Origin: a virus
Direction: 5' to 3' (one strand)
Virus record (IMG/VR): IMGVR_UViG_3300027734_000039
Length of the DNA: 64,000 bases
Below the pieces are notes generated by a model. The model worked only from the letters and a program-made list of their open reading frames with translations, searched no databases and had not been told where the DNA came from. A program made the position numbers and the translations under genes. Positions 8,720-18,601 of the stretch are shown here, piece by piece (position 1 is the first letter of the stretch; the number at the start of each line of letters is the position of its first letter).

Positions 8720-8748
8720 ATAATACTATAGATTTTGAAAGAAGTAAA
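8720..8748 (-). promoter_or_regulatory. sigma70-like promoter for uvsY-uvsW
   Basis: TTTACT (8748-8743), N17, TATTAT (8725-8720). Confidence 0.55.
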
Positions 8749-8749
8749 G

Positions 8750-9271
8750 TTAAATCTTTGTTATATCATAATAAACGTAGCGGAAAGTTGCTGAAGCGGT
8801 TACGTAATTAACGTCCGAATCTGTTGTATTGAAACTCAATCCAGATAAACTTACAGGAAAAGCGTCTGTATACGTAATATCGTAATTAGGAGTTTTTGTG
8901 CTTGCTAAAACAAGTAGCGAAATATCAGAAACGATACCGTCGCCTGTCCATGTAGGAATATCTTGAATATTTTTATATTGTTCAAAATCTTGTGGTTTAC
9001 CGAGAGATTTTAACCAATTATGAATTTCAAGATAGTTTTCTAAATTTTCATCTACCTTAAATTCTATATTGAGAATACCGTAATTAATATGTTCACCAGA
9101 ATATGGAATCGTAACAAACGGGTTTGTCGATTCGGGAGCTCTAATGCTTATCTCTGGTATATTAACTTTCTGAATAAAAAAGTTAACATGCGGTGCTTTC
9201 TTAATCTGAAAACGAAAGTTCAGAGGCGAAAGAAAGTTTTTATTTTCAGGTGTAGAATCTAAAGCAGTCAT
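8750..9271 (-). CDS. gp3: Tail completion / tube terminator protein
   Basis: NFLSPLNFRF...P.VNFF.Q.VNIP...F.VDENLENYLEIHNW...DAFPVSLS; position after gp23; GGAGG RBS before ATG 9271. Confidence 0.85.
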   Translation of the reverse strand: MTALDSTPENKNFLSPLNFRFQIKKAPHVNFFIQKVNIPEISIRAPESTNPFVTIPYSGEHINYGILNIEFKVDENLENYLEIHNWLKSLGKPQDFEQYKNIQDIPTWTGDGIVSDISLLVLASTKTPNYDITYTDAFPVSLSGLSFNTTDSDVNYVTASATFRYVYYDITKI

Positions 9272-9289
9272 GAAATCCTCCATTGCTAC

Positions 9290-9297
9290 TATTTATA
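9290..9297 (-). promoter_or_regulatory. T4-type late promoter TATAAATA (gp3)
   Basis: Exact TATAAATA on the minus strand just upstream of gp3. Confidence 0.75.
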
Positions 9298-9298
9298 T

Positions 9299-9326
9299 AA
9301 AAAAAAGAGGGAGTCGAAGCCCCCTC
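9299..9326 (-). terminator. Rho-independent terminator after the major capsid gene
   Basis: GAGGGGG-CTTCGA-CTCCCTC followed by T8 on the minus strand. Confidence 0.85.
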
Positions 9327-9380
9327 AATTTGCGGTTTGAACCCGTCTTTTTCTTCCCTCCCACGTGGAGGGTTGTAATC

Positions 9381-10784
9381 TTACATGAGGTTGTTAACGA
9401 TCACGCGACGATAGTACTTGTTGGTGCTGACGATGTTTGCACGTCCAGAACCCTTAGTAGTACCTTCGGCGAATGGGTTTGCAACCATGCCGTAACGAGT
9501 CTTAAAGCCGATCTTTGGCTGGAAGGTAGCCTGATCAACTGCACGAACCATCTGAAGTGGAACGTATGGGCAATAGAAGAGACCAGCGTCGAATGCTGAC
9601 GAACCCTTATAGCCTACAGTTAAGTAGTTACCGCCGAGAGCGTATGGATCGATATAAACCTTGAGGCGACCATTGAGAACACCAGCGAAAGTGTTACCAG
9701 TATCGTCAACCTGAAGGTTGTTTGAGTTAAGAGCAGGAGCGTAGTCAAGAACACCAGCCATCTGAAGTGCGGAAGCAACGTCCGAAGAACAGATAACGAT
9801 GTTACCCTTACCACGACGAGTCTGCTTGGCAATCTGGTTAGCTTCGCGTTCTAACTGGAACATAAGACCCTTGAACTTTTCAACTGACCAACGACCGTTT
9901 GAGTCAGTGTCAAGGTCGAATACACCAGCAGTAGTTGTATTGTCCTGAGCACCAGCTTCAGCAGTGATGTTGATAGTACGAACAACTTCACGGTTGATTT
10001 CTGCAAGGATTTCAGCTGAAAGAATGTTAGCAAGTTCTGTCTCAGCGTCAAGACCGTGAATAGCCTTAAGATCCTGAGCGAGTTCCATAGTGTACTCAGC
10101 CTTGAGTGCACGAGTGTTAGCAGTTACAGTAACCTTCTCGATTGTGAAAGCCATCTGTGGGAATGCATTAGCGGAGTCACCACCAAGACCTTCAGCCGAA
10201 GTAGTCGACATAGCCTTACCAGTGTTATAGTAACCGTATGCAGTGTTGCTTGCTGCTAATGGCGAAGTGTTCGAAGCACCTGGGATAGTACCAGTGAATG
10301 CATTAACAGTAGTGTTACCAACACCGAATGCAGCGTTAGCTGTAGTGTTGTTACCAGTTACTGTCGAGAATGCAGTGTTAACTTCGTTGTAAAATGTTTC
10401 GTCACCAGTCTGGTTAGCATAGCGCGAACGCATTGCGAAAATGAGACCAGTTGGGCCAGTCATTGGCTGAACGCCGCAGATGTCATAAGCAATGAGGTTA
10501 GGCATTGCACGACGTACGAGCGAGATCAATACTGGATCGAACGTGTCGATACCACCAGCGCCAGCAGTTGAACTTGATGAACCCATGAAGTTAACTGGAG
10601 TGCTTGATGTAGTTTCTGTAAGAGTCTGATACTGACCGTGAGCAGCAGATTCTGAGAGAGCCTTTTCAGTGTTCTCAAGCATAACTGCAGTTACGGAACG
10701 GCGGTGCTGATCCTTGATAACGCCAAGAGCGTCATGGTCGAGAACAGGTGCCCACTTGTTTTGAATTTCCTCAGCTAGATACAT
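9381..10784 (-). CDS. gp23: Major capsid protein
   Basis: KWAPVLDH, FDPVLISLVRRAMPNLIAYDICGVQPMTGPTGLIFAMR, RALKAEYTMELAQDLKAIHGLDAE, FQPKIGFKTRYG. Confidence 0.99.
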   Translation of the reverse strand: MYLAEEIQNKWAPVLDHDALGVIKDQHRRSVTAVMLENTEKALSESAAHGQYQTLTETTSSTPVNFMGSSSSTAGAGGIDTFDPVLISLVRRAMPNLIAYDICGVQPMTGPTGLIFAMRSRYANQTGDETFYNEVNTAFSTVTGNNTTANAAFGVGNTTVNAFTGTIPGASNTSPLAASNTAYGYYNTGKAMSTTSAEGLGGDSANAFPQMAFTIEKVTVTANTRALKAEYTMELAQDLKAIHGLDAETELANILSAEILAEINREVVRTINITAEAGAQDNTTTAGVFDLDTDSNGRWSVEKFKGLMFQLEREANQIAKQTRRGKGNIVICSSDVASALQMAGVLDYAPALNSNNLQVDDTGNTFAGVLNGRLKVYIDPYALGGNYLTVGYKGSSAFDAGLFYCPYVPLQMVRAVDQATFQPKIGFKTRYGMVANPFAEGTTKGSGRANIVSTNKYYRRVIVNNLM

Positions 10785-10820
10785 TTGTAGTCCTTTCGGT
10801 TTTGTATTAAGGTTTCAATT

Positions 10821-10828
10821 TATTTATA
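10821..10828 (-). promoter_or_regulatory. Late promoter TATAAATA (gp23)
   Basis: Exact consensus in the gp22-gp23 gap. Confidence 0.8.
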
Positions 10829-10833
10829 AAAAA

Positions 10834-11913
10834 TTACTTTTTAACTGAACGAGCGATTGCCTGAACGTAACGGCTAACGCTTGGATCTACGTTAACAGTT
10901 GTGGTTCCGATGTCGCCCTCGAAGGTTTCTTCTTCAATGTTTGAAGAATATGAAGTAGTTTCACTACGGAAATAGTTTTCCTTAATGATCATTAACTTCT
11001 TTGCATAAGTGTCGAGATCACCGTCAAATTCAATTCCTTCGGCGAGAGCTGCGAACTTTTCCTGCTGTGTTAGTGCAAGGTCAGAAGAAAGTTCTTCAAA
11101 AATGTCTCTTGCGTTATCTTCTACAAGAGCACCCTTGAGCTGTGCGTTTTCAGAAATTGTTTCGTCGAGTTTTTCTTCTAGGGCAGTTACTTTGTCAGCA
11201 AGAGCTTCTAGAATGTCGATCTTTTCTTGTGGAACATTGATGTAATGTTCTGCGAATAGACCCTTAAGACCATCGATAAATTCTTCCATAATTTCGTTAC
11301 GGAGAGTTGATTCGATTGCTACTTCATTTTCTTTCATCCAGTTTTCAACAACATAGTCAAGGTATGTGTCGAGCTTTGATGTAAGTTCTTCGTTAAATAC
11401 TTCGAGCTCTTCATTGAGCTTTGTTTCGTATTCTTCTTCGAGGCGAGCAGTTTCAGCGATTAAACGTGCTGAAATTGCAGCTTCAAATAATGTTGAAGCT
11501 TGAACTTTGAAATCTTCTGAAAGGTCTTGACCAGCAAACATAGCTTCAACGTCTTCCTTAACGTTGATCTTTGGCATTGCGTCCTTAGTTTTTGGACCAG
11601 CGCCACCCTTCATGTCGATAGTGGCTGAATTCTTTGCAGAATTGTCACCAACACCGTAATCCTTACCAGGACCGAACTGAGCCATAGTTGCAGCGAACCA
11701 ATGTGTAAGGTCGCCCTTTGACATTCCATTCATCTGACCGAGAACAGCTTGCATCATGCCGATTTTTGACTTAGGGTCAGAAATTGCTTTAGCGGCTGGG
11801 TGAAGGGACGAAGCAGCAAGAGTTTCTTCCTCAAGACCGTCTTCTTCTTTTTCGATTTGGTCTGCAGAAAGTTCTGACATATCTTCTAAATCCTTTTTAT
11901 ATTCGTTAGCCAT
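10834..11913 (-). CDS. gp22: Prohead core scaffold protein
   Basis: LSEDFK..A.TLFEAA, LDTYLDYVVENWMKENEVAIE, F..GLKGLFAEHYI.VP. Confidence 0.95.
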   Translation of the reverse strand: MANEYKKDLEDMSELSADQIEKEEDGLEEETLAASSLHPAAKAISDPKSKIGMMQAVLGQMNGMSKGDLTHWFAATMAQFGPGKDYGVGDNSAKNSATIDMKGGAGPKTKDAMPKINVKEDVEAMFAGQDLSEDFKVQASTLFEAAISARLIAETARLEEEYETKLNEELEVFNEELTSKLDTYLDYVVENWMKENEVAIESTLRNEIMEEFIDGLKGLFAEHYINVPQEKIDILEALADKVTALEEKLDETISENAQLKGALVEDNARDIFEELSSDLALTQQEKFAALAEGIEFDGDLDTYAKKLMIIKENYFRSETTSYSSNIEEETFEGDIGTTTVNVDPSVSRYVQAIARSVKK

Positions 11914-11941
11914 TAAGAGTCTCCTTAAATAGAATTTAAAT

Positions 11942-11949
11942 TATTTATA
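11942..11949 (-). promoter_or_regulatory. Late promoter TATAAATA (gp22)
   Basis: Exact consensus overlapping the gp21 stop. Confidence 0.75.
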
Positions 11950-12619
11950 TAATTTTATTTTTTATTGCTAAAGAAGCAATATAATTTTCAAAGATAGCTA
12001 AACGCTGCTCTTCAATTTGGTTTATAGACATTTTATGGATTGTCTTTCTTGTTTCATGAAGCTGTTCTTCATGCCAAGTTCCCTTAACAGGGTCGTAAAT
12101 CCACTCAACGCCTTCCATGATACCCTTAACAAAGGCATCTGGTGCAGAAGGGTCTGCAACAATATCTGCAGCTGTAGATAGCTTTAAGTCACCTTGAACT
12201 ACCATAACACCATTAGATTCCTTTAAAGAACCCATAGCGCGAGAAGAAACGCCTAAATTAGCGCCAGACTCAAGTAAACCACGAGCTATATTTCCCATTG
12301 GTGTTTCTGTAATCTTTGCCTTACCAATGAAATTTTTACCATCTTTTTTAAGTTCTGTAATGATATGTGAAACACGGTCTAAATTGATAGATGGTCCTGA
12401 TGGATGACCAAGCTCGCCGTATGCACGGTTCTTTTCAACAGTTTCACGCATATAACGCTTAACTTCGTTTTCTAAAACGTCGATAGGATATACACGACCA
12501 TTACGGTTTTTAATTTCAGCTTGTAGGAAAATGCCTTCAATGAAGTGCTGCTTTTTTCCGTTTTCTGTAGCTTCTGTAACGTACTGAACGTCTTCAACTA
12601 GTTCTGTAAAAAGTTTCAT
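11945..12619 (-). CDS. gp21: Prohead protease
   Basis: IEGIFLQAE.KNRNGRVY, GELGHP, LGVSSRAMGS, DIVADPSAPDAFV. Confidence 0.97.
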   Translation of the reverse strand: MKLFTELVEDVQYVTEATENGKKQHFIEGIFLQAEIKNRNGRVYPIDVLENEVKRYMRETVEKNRAYGELGHPSGPSINLDRVSHIITELKKDGKNFIGKAKITETPMGNIARGLLESGANLGVSSRAMGSLKESNGVMVVQGDLKLSTAADIVADPSAPDAFVKGIMEGVEWIYDPVKGTWHEEQLHETRKTIHKMSINQIEEQRLAIFENYIASLAIKNKII

Positions 12620-12624
12620 TTTCG

Positions 12625-12870
12625 TTAACCTCTGTAAGAAGCAGCTGTTGCTAATACAGCGACGTTAGCAGTAAGCGTATCGGTTGGATTCTTTTGAACG
12701 AAAATGTACTGATTTGCTGGAATAGTAAATGTTCCAGTTACAACTGCTGTATTAGTTGTAACAGTAATCAAAGCTGCAGCAGTTGCTGCAATATAAACAA
12801 CTGGTGAACCATAAATTGTATTCGCAGTTGTTAATGAAATTTGATTTGCGGTTGGCTTAATAAGTTGCAT
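12625..12870 (-). CDS. Small beta-rich hypothetical, probable virion protein
   Basis: 81-aa Ala/Thr/Asn-rich ORF ending QKNPTDTL; located in the head module. Confidence 0.65.
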   Translation of the reverse strand: MQLIKPTANQISLTTANTIYGSPVVYIAATAAALITVTTNTAVVTGTFTIPANQYIFVQKNPTDTLTANVAVLATAASYRG

Positions 12871-13550
12871 TATACTCTCCCTGTATCGCCGACGTTGCCA
12901 GAAGGGAATCTCATAGGAGTATCGCCAGGAGCAGATTCTTTTTTCATTTTCTTTTTCTTGCCACTCTCAAGCATTGGCATAGCAAGATCTTCCTGAACCT
13001 TCTTTGACTTTTCAGGATGCATTGAATAATATGCACCTAAAGCCATTTTAATACGTTCTTTTTTTGATTTGCCTTCGAATTTTGGATTATCAGAATGAAC
13101 AAAATCAGAAATAACTTCGCCAGTTGATGTTTTCTTAGTTAAAACTTCTTGAAGTTTTTTCTTATCAGCAATCATTCCTCTTTTACCATTGCCAGCAGCA
13201 GGAACTGATTTACCACAACCACATGACTCGCCTTCATACATAGTACCACAGGATTCACATTTCATGCTTTTAGCTTCATAAACTTTTTTATCATCGCCAA
13301 TCTTATAACCATGGCGCTTTTCTTTTTTAGAATTTAAAACGTAATGTTCTGGGTTACCATTATAAACGTTTTCGCCATTACCTACGCGATCAGCATGCTT
13401 TTCGATTTCATGCTTTTTAGCGAAATCCTGATTACCAGGCGCTGCATTAAAATCAGAAATATCCATAGGTTCTGTTTTGCTTTTTCTTACACCTGAAAAT
13501 GCTCCTTCTTTAGGAGCCTTTGGTGCAACGTCTCTTAATGGTTTCGCCAT
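12870..13550 (-). CDS. Lys-rich putative prohead core/internal head protein (gp67/68 position) with Cys cluster
   Basis: Start MAKPLRD at 13550 after GAGGA; CESCG..CGC; DFVHSDNPKFEGKSKKERIKMALGAYY. Confidence 0.65.
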   Translation of the reverse strand: MAKPLRDVAPKAPKEGAFSGVRKSKTEPMDISDFNAAPGNQDFAKKHEIEKHADRVGNGENVYNGNPEHYVLNSKKEKRHGYKIGDDKKVYEAKSMKCESCGTMYEGESCGCGKSVPAAGNGKRGMIADKKKLQEVLTKKTSTGEVISDFVHSDNPKFEGKSKKERIKMALGAYYSMHPEKSKKVQEDLAMPMLESGKKKKMKKESAPGDTPMRFPSGNVGDTGRV

Positions 13551-13554
13551 ATTT

Positions 13555-13755
13555 TTATTCCTCTGAGTTATCTTCGTCGCTCGAGTCAGCATTATAACCA
13601 TACATTTGCTGCGCTATTTGAATTTTCTTATCATTGATAGCAGTTGAAATTCTATCAACAATAAGGTCATTAAAAGCGTTTTCAAAATCAAGTGGTTTCT
13701 GCTGGGCAGCGGCGACAACTAAATCTGACATATCGTATTTATAGGTATCGTTCAT
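13555..13755 (-). CDS. Small acidic prohead core protein (gp67-like position)
   Basis: 66 aa directly after the portal gene; helical with acidic tail; GAGG RBS. Confidence 0.65.
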   Translation of the reverse strand: MNDTYKYDMSDLVVAAAQQKPLDFENAFNDLIVDRISTAINDKKIQIAQQMYGYNADSSDEDNSEE

Positions 13756-13766
13756 TTAATATCTCC

Positions 13767-15557
13767 TCACTGTACCTGTTGTTGTTGGTCAAATTCCTGA
13801 TTAATTGCGGAACCTAATTGTTTGGCAATATCTGGATTTTTAGCTACAATTTGAACTGCTTGCTTATACTTAGACTGTTCTTGCATAGACCTGTTTTGAA
13901 CACCCTTAAGCTTCATCTGCTTAACTAACAACATAGCCTGACGAACTTCCTCCATCTTATTATCTTGTTCTGTCGGAGGTTGTTGTCCCTGCTGTTGCTG
14001 TTGATCTGCTTCAGCCTGTTGCTGCATCATTTGAGCATTTTGTTCGATTACAGCATTATACCAACGTGGGTCGTTTGTATTTTGTTCTTTCGAAATTTCG
14101 GCATCCTGTTCAGCGATATCCTGATCGGTTTGCTTAAGGATATTTCTACGAACCCACTGATGAGAATAATATTGACCAGCAATAGGTTGGAAAGAAGCTG
14201 CCAACTGAATACGACCCTGAGCAATTTCGTTATCCTTAAGCTCAGTGAAATAGTTATCTTTAGCAAAATCAAATCTAATATCGTTTTGAATGACTGCCCA
14301 ATCTTCCGGAGTCATAATAGACTTTAAAATTAATTGCTTTTCTAACATCTTAGTGAAAAGATGTGTAAATCGTGAACGCAAACGAACAATGAAACGACTA
14401 AACTTTAGTTCGTCTCTTGTAATTTCAGTTGCACGACCAATAGAAAATACAGCGTCTGAATTCAAACGACTTACTGGAACGTTAAGTGTCTGGAGAAATT
14501 TCTTTTGGAAATATAGAACGTCGTCCATTTGTCCAAGAGTTTGACCACCTGGTAAGGTAGTAACTTCCGTACCTCTACCGCCTTCACGACGAGGAAGCCA
14601 ATAGTCTTCCAACATAGTCATGAATTTACGGTCGTCACGAATTTCACCAGACTGCGCATCATAGATCAAGCGGTTTTTATGCTTAACCATGATATCGCGC
14701 ACATACTGTTCTGCTTTCATCTTAGGCAAGTTACCAACGTCGATATACCAAATACGACGTTCGGGTGCACGAGCAAGACGATAAATTACTAGAGCATCTT
14801 CAAGAGTACGAAGCTGGTTTAGAGCTTTAATACCCTTATGAAGATATGAAAGAACCATGGTTCCTTGGTTATCAGTTAAACCAGAAACAACATGTAAAAT
14901 AGAATCTTTTGCAATCTTTAAGCCAGAGGTCGAAGGACCAACTGCTTTGCTGCCGTAATTGAAACCTTTATCATTGAAAATAAAGTATTCGTTAGCAACC
15001 TTCGACATAATAGCGTCGCCCTGATTGCCGTTTTGAATACGCTTTTTAGCGATTTCTCTAACCTTACGGATCTTACGTGGATCTACGTAACGTAATTCTT
15101 TAATTCCTTCTTTTGGGTTCTTTTCATCAACTACGACATGATAATAAAGACGCCCATCAACATACCAACGACGATATATATCATAAGCATGAGTTTTGAA
15201 CTGAAGAATTTTTAAGCAATTATCGAACTCTTCTCTAATTACTTTTTTAATATTTTCGGAAATTTTAAGATCGTCTAAGTTAATAGTTACAATATTTTTT
15301 TCATCGATTGAAATAGATTCATTAACAATTTCATCAACCGCCGAATCAGTTTCTGGGTGAAGAGACATTTCACGATATTTTGTAACAAGCTCTGCTTCTG
15401 TTCTTACCGTACCATCAAGATCAACGTATGTACCAAACGCACCACCAGCGGCAACGACAACTGCACCATCATCTGTCTCTTTAGGAGCAAACGATGGTGC
15501 CGAGTCGACGACCTTTTGATCTTTTCTTTTAAATTCGAAACCGAATAATTCTGCCAT
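13767..15557 (-). CDS. gp20: Portal vertex protein with Gln-rich C-terminal extension
   Basis: LFGF, RRWYVDGR, YRLARAPERRIWYIDVGNLPK.KAEQY, MLEDYWLPRREGGRGTEVTTLPGG. Confidence 0.98.
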   Translation of the reverse strand: MAELFGFEFKRKDQKVVDSAPSFAPKETDDGAVVVAAGGAFGTYVDLDGTVRTEAELVTKYREMSLHPETDSAVDEIVNESISIDEKNIVTINLDDLKISENIKKVIREEFDNCLKILQFKTHAYDIYRRWYVDGRLYYHVVVDEKNPKEGIKELRYVDPRKIRKVREIAKKRIQNGNQGDAIMSKVANEYFIFNDKGFNYGSKAVGPSTSGLKIAKDSILHVVSGLTDNQGTMVLSYLHKGIKALNQLRTLEDALVIYRLARAPERRIWYIDVGNLPKMKAEQYVRDIMVKHKNRLIYDAQSGEIRDDRKFMTMLEDYWLPRREGGRGTEVTTLPGGQTLGQMDDVLYFQKKFLQTLNVPVSRLNSDAVFSIGRATEITRDELKFSRFIVRLRSRFTHLFTKMLEKQLILKSIMTPEDWAVIQNDIRFDFAKDNYFTELKDNEIAQGRIQLAASFQPIAGQYYSHQWVRRNILKQTDQDIAEQDAEISKEQNTNDPRWYNAVIEQNAQMMQQQAEADQQQQQGQQPPTEQDNKMEEVRQAMLLVKQMKLKGVQNRSMQEQSKYKQAVQIVAKNPDIAKQLGSAINQEFDQQQQVQ

Positions 15558-15572
15558 TTATTTCTCCAAATT

Positions 15573-15594
15573 GAAGGGGCTTTTTTGCCCCTTC
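15573..15594. terminator. GC-rich hairpin between gp19 and gp20 (terminator/attenuator or processing site)
   Basis: GAAGGGGC-N6-GCCCCTTC perfect 8-bp stem; only a weak U-tract on the coding strand. Confidence 0.5.
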
Positions 15595-15617
15595 TTTAAT
15601 CATAAAGTATATATTAA

Positions 15618-16232
15618 TTAAGCTGGACCCGAAATACCGTCTTGTTCAGCTTGAGCGGCGTAAGTGTTGATACCGCCAGCCTTCTTATCAGACGATTCAA
15701 CAACTGGTACCCAGTAATCGTATGAGAAGTTAACAGAAAATTCTTCAACTGCATTAGCTGCATCCCAGCCAAGGCTGATAGCACCAATTTGAGTTGGGAA
15801 AGCACCAACAAGCTGGTATGAACGAAGAATGCTGCCATCCTTACCGTACTGAATTACTTCAAGGTCAGCCTTGTAGTTTTCAGCAGAAACGTTAGGATCA
15901 CGAACGTTAGAAACGAGGCGATTCATTGCGTTTGACCAAGTTTCGAACATTGCACGTACTGAGAAGTCTTCGTCGTTTAGAACAGTTACGCCCCAATCAG
16001 CGAATGTACGCTCACCAGCAACCTTAATTTTACGACCGAAGTAAGGAACTTCGATTGGTGAAATTGTTGACTCTGGAAGTTCCGCAGTCTTACATAGAAA
16101 ACGGAACTTATCTACTGAAACGTTATCGATACCAAGACCACCAGGAACTGACATGAAAACGTTGAAGAGAGATGGTCTGGCGCCACCGTACACCAGACCG
16201 TTTGTTTTGAATGCGCTAATATTAAATGGCAT
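15618..16232 (-). CDS. gp19: Tail tube protein
   Basis: GGARPSLF.V, P.YFGRKIKVAGERTFADW.VTV.NDEDF, FPT.I.AI.L.W. Confidence 0.97.
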   Translation of the reverse strand: MPFNISAFKTNGLVYGGARPSLFNVFMSVPGGLGIDNVSVDKFRFLCKTAELPESTISPIEVPYFGRKIKVAGERTFADWGVTVLNDEDFSVRAMFETWSNAMNRLVSNVRDPNVSAENYKADLEVIQYGKDGSILRSYQLVGAFPTQIGAISLGWDAANAVEEFSVNFSYDYWVPVVESSDKKAGGINTYAAQAEQDGISGPA

Positions 16233-16265
16233 TTATTGTACTCCTTTTGAGCTTTTATCTATTTA

Positions 16266-18557
16266 TTAGAACTTGCCAACCACTTCGGAGAATTGAACGC
16301 CAGTTGGTACAGCTACGAAGTTCAACTGGATGAAGTTGATCGAACGAGCTGGCTTAATATAGATATCGCCAACAAACTGGTTAGAATCAATTACCTGAGC
16401 GGTGTTATTTGTGTCGTCACAAATAACAAGGAAGTCAGTAATACCACGACGACCCTTGATAGTTCTAAGGTAAGGAGTTACAAGGTTTTTAAACTGTGCT
16501 CTAGTGAACGCATCGTTAAACTCGAATAGCGAGTACTTAGCAGCAGTCGAAATAGCCTTTTCAAGAACAATAAACAATCTGCGAACGTTAATATGATCGA
16601 ATGCAGATGGTTTTGTTTGCATTGTTTTATCACCATAAAGAACAGTTCCCTGACCAGGGAAAGTAACAACTGGGTTGATATTATTGCTGAAAAGAATATC
16701 GCGTTCTGACTTGCGTGGATTAAATGCAAGCTTAACAAGGTTCTTAATTTGACCACGGTTGAAACCAGCTGGTGACCACCAAGCATCGTTTGTCTGGTCT
16801 GTACGAGCACATAGACCGCCGATATCGCCGTTTAGAGGGATCCAACGATATACGTCGTTATAACGATCGTACTGATACTTGTAACCAGAGTCAAGAACTG
16901 CATAAGAAGTCGAACGAGTTGCGCTTCTCCAATTCTTAAGACTTACGGCTTCGTTACCAACGTTATTTAATACCATGCTCTTATCAGGTGAAATTAATGC
17001 AACGCAATCCTTACGAATTTCGCAAATATTGTCGATGATGTAATTTGCAAGCTGGAAGTTAGTTACAGTTTGACCGCCTTGTGTACTAGTGCCGCCAAGT
17101 GGACGACCCTGAAGAACAAGAGAAATATCTACGTCTTCTGCAGAAGCAAACATGTCATAAGCAGCGCCGAGGATACCTAATGTTGCATTAGTTTCGTCGA
17201 GACCATCAGCACCAAGAGACATAGTTAAATTCAAAGGAGCTGTAGCAGTTGAACTTGTAAGACGAACTGCTGTATTCGAAACTGCAGTTGTGCGATCGTT
17301 TGCCCACCAGATATATTCTGATGCATCATTGATCACAGTCTTATAATAATTTACAGTATTATCATCGTTCTTAGCATTAGTAGCTCTTGAAAGACCCTTA
17401 TAAACTTCAAGAACAGTTCCTGGAGTACCAGTAAATGCGCCACCATTATCAACAACTACAACGTGCATTTCGTCCTGAGCCGAAGTATTACCGTTGTTTA
17501 ACTGATAATTTGACTGACCAGGAGCAGAGTCAACAACGTTGAAGAATTCCCAATAACGGGAAATCGTGTTAGATGAATATGCAGTATGAAGTCTGTATGG
17601 GTCTTCGAAACCGAAGCTTACAATAGTAGATGTTGCATTCGAAACAGTATTAACAGATTTAATTTGCATATACTGTAAGCCGATAGTAGAATTACCAGCT
17701 AGAATTTGGTCACCAATAGAGAAATTAGCTTCTAATGCAACACCAGCAACGTTAGCAGCACCAGAATATACTGCAGTTGCATTCGCAGAGCCGATAGTAA
17801 AATCTAAATTTGCAGTAGCATTTACATTTGATGTATACGAATTAGCATTATCGCAAACGCTGATTCTTAAAGAGTTACCGAGCTGTCCTGGGAACTTAGC
17901 AACATAATAAACGTCAGAGTCGAAACTACCATCTAATGAAGAATACTGGTTTTCGTTTTTAACGATTTGATTTATAAGGTTAGCAACGAAAGAAGTAGAA
18001 TCTTTAGCAACAGCAGTATAAGAAGTTTCTGGACGACCGAAATATAGGGTTACTGTGTTACCAGAACCAGTATTCGCAGCTGTTGAAGTTGAAAGAGTAA
18101 CAATGCTATGAGTTGCATTTGTAGTTATAGTAGAAACAGTTACGTTATTACCAGTGCCAACGATAGTAGCATTAGAAGTTTGTGTTACATACATACCAGC
18201 TATAATACCAGTAGCTACGTTTGCAATTACGTATTGGTTATTTGCTACTGTTGAATTTGAAGAAGAAACAGCAGCAAAAGTTGGGGTAGCGCCGCTAGTG
18301 TTAGCTGCACGAGAAACCCAAAGACGGTTTGTATATGAAAGGAAGTTAGCAGCAGTAAAAAATGTTTCGGCGTTAAAGCTTGTTGGCTTTCCGTATCTTG
18401 CAACAAGATTTGTTTCGCTATCGATTAAAAGTCTCTGTCCAATTGGACCCCAACGAAATACACCGCCAATAGCGCCGTCCGAAGTAGCAACTGCAGGTAC
18501 AACTGTTGTAAGATCAATTTCCGAAACGTTTACGCCTGGACTTAGTTGAAATGCCAT
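16266..18557 (-). CDS. gp18: Tail sheath protein
   Basis: SPGVNVSEIDLT, F.WGP, WWSPAGFNRGQI, GDKT, INVRRLF, IKPARSINFIQLNFVA. Confidence 0.98.
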   Translation of the reverse strand: MAFQLSPGVNVSEIDLTTVVPAVATSDGAIGGVFRWGPIGQRLLIDSETNLVARYGKPTSFNAETFFTAANFLSYTNRLWVSRAANTSGATPTFAAVSSSNSTVANNQYVIANVATGIIAGMYVTQTSNATIVGTGNNVTVSTITTNATHSIVTLSTSTAANTGSGNTVTLYFGRPETSYTAVAKDSTSFVANLINQIVKNENQYSSLDGSFDSDVYYVAKFPGQLGNSLRISVCDNANSYTSNVNATANLDFTIGSANATAVYSGAANVAGVALEANFSIGDQILAGNSTIGLQYMQIKSVNTVSNATSTIVSFGFEDPYRLHTAYSSNTISRYWEFFNVVDSAPGQSNYQLNNGNTSAQDEMHVVVVDNGGAFTGTPGTVLEVYKGLSRATNAKNDDNTVNYYKTVINDASEYIWWANDRTTAVSNTAVRLTSSTATAPLNLTMSLGADGLDETNATLGILGAAYDMFASAEDVDISLVLQGRPLGGTSTQGGQTVTNFQLANYIIDNICEIRKDCVALISPDKSMVLNNVGNEAVSLKNWRSATRSTSYAVLDSGYKYQYDRYNDVYRWIPLNGDIGGLCARTDQTNDAWWSPAGFNRGQIKNLVKLAFNPRKSERDILFSNNINPVVTFPGQGTVLYGDKTMQTKPSAFDHINVRRLFIVLEKAISTAAKYSLFEFNDAFTRAQFKNLVTPYLRTIKGRRGITDFLVICDDTNNTAQVIDSNQFVGDIYIKPARSINFIQLNFVAVPTGVQFSEVVGKF

Positions 18558-18601
18558 TTTAATCTCTCCTTATTTGCGAGAATAGTTTAAATATTTTTTA
18601 T

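Noticed and set aside
9270-9599. 109-aa plus-strand ORF and the many other 60-130 aa antisense or alternative-frame ORFs within structural genes
   Set aside because: They overlap well-supported genes, lack motifs, and are expected from the codon bias of the sense strand
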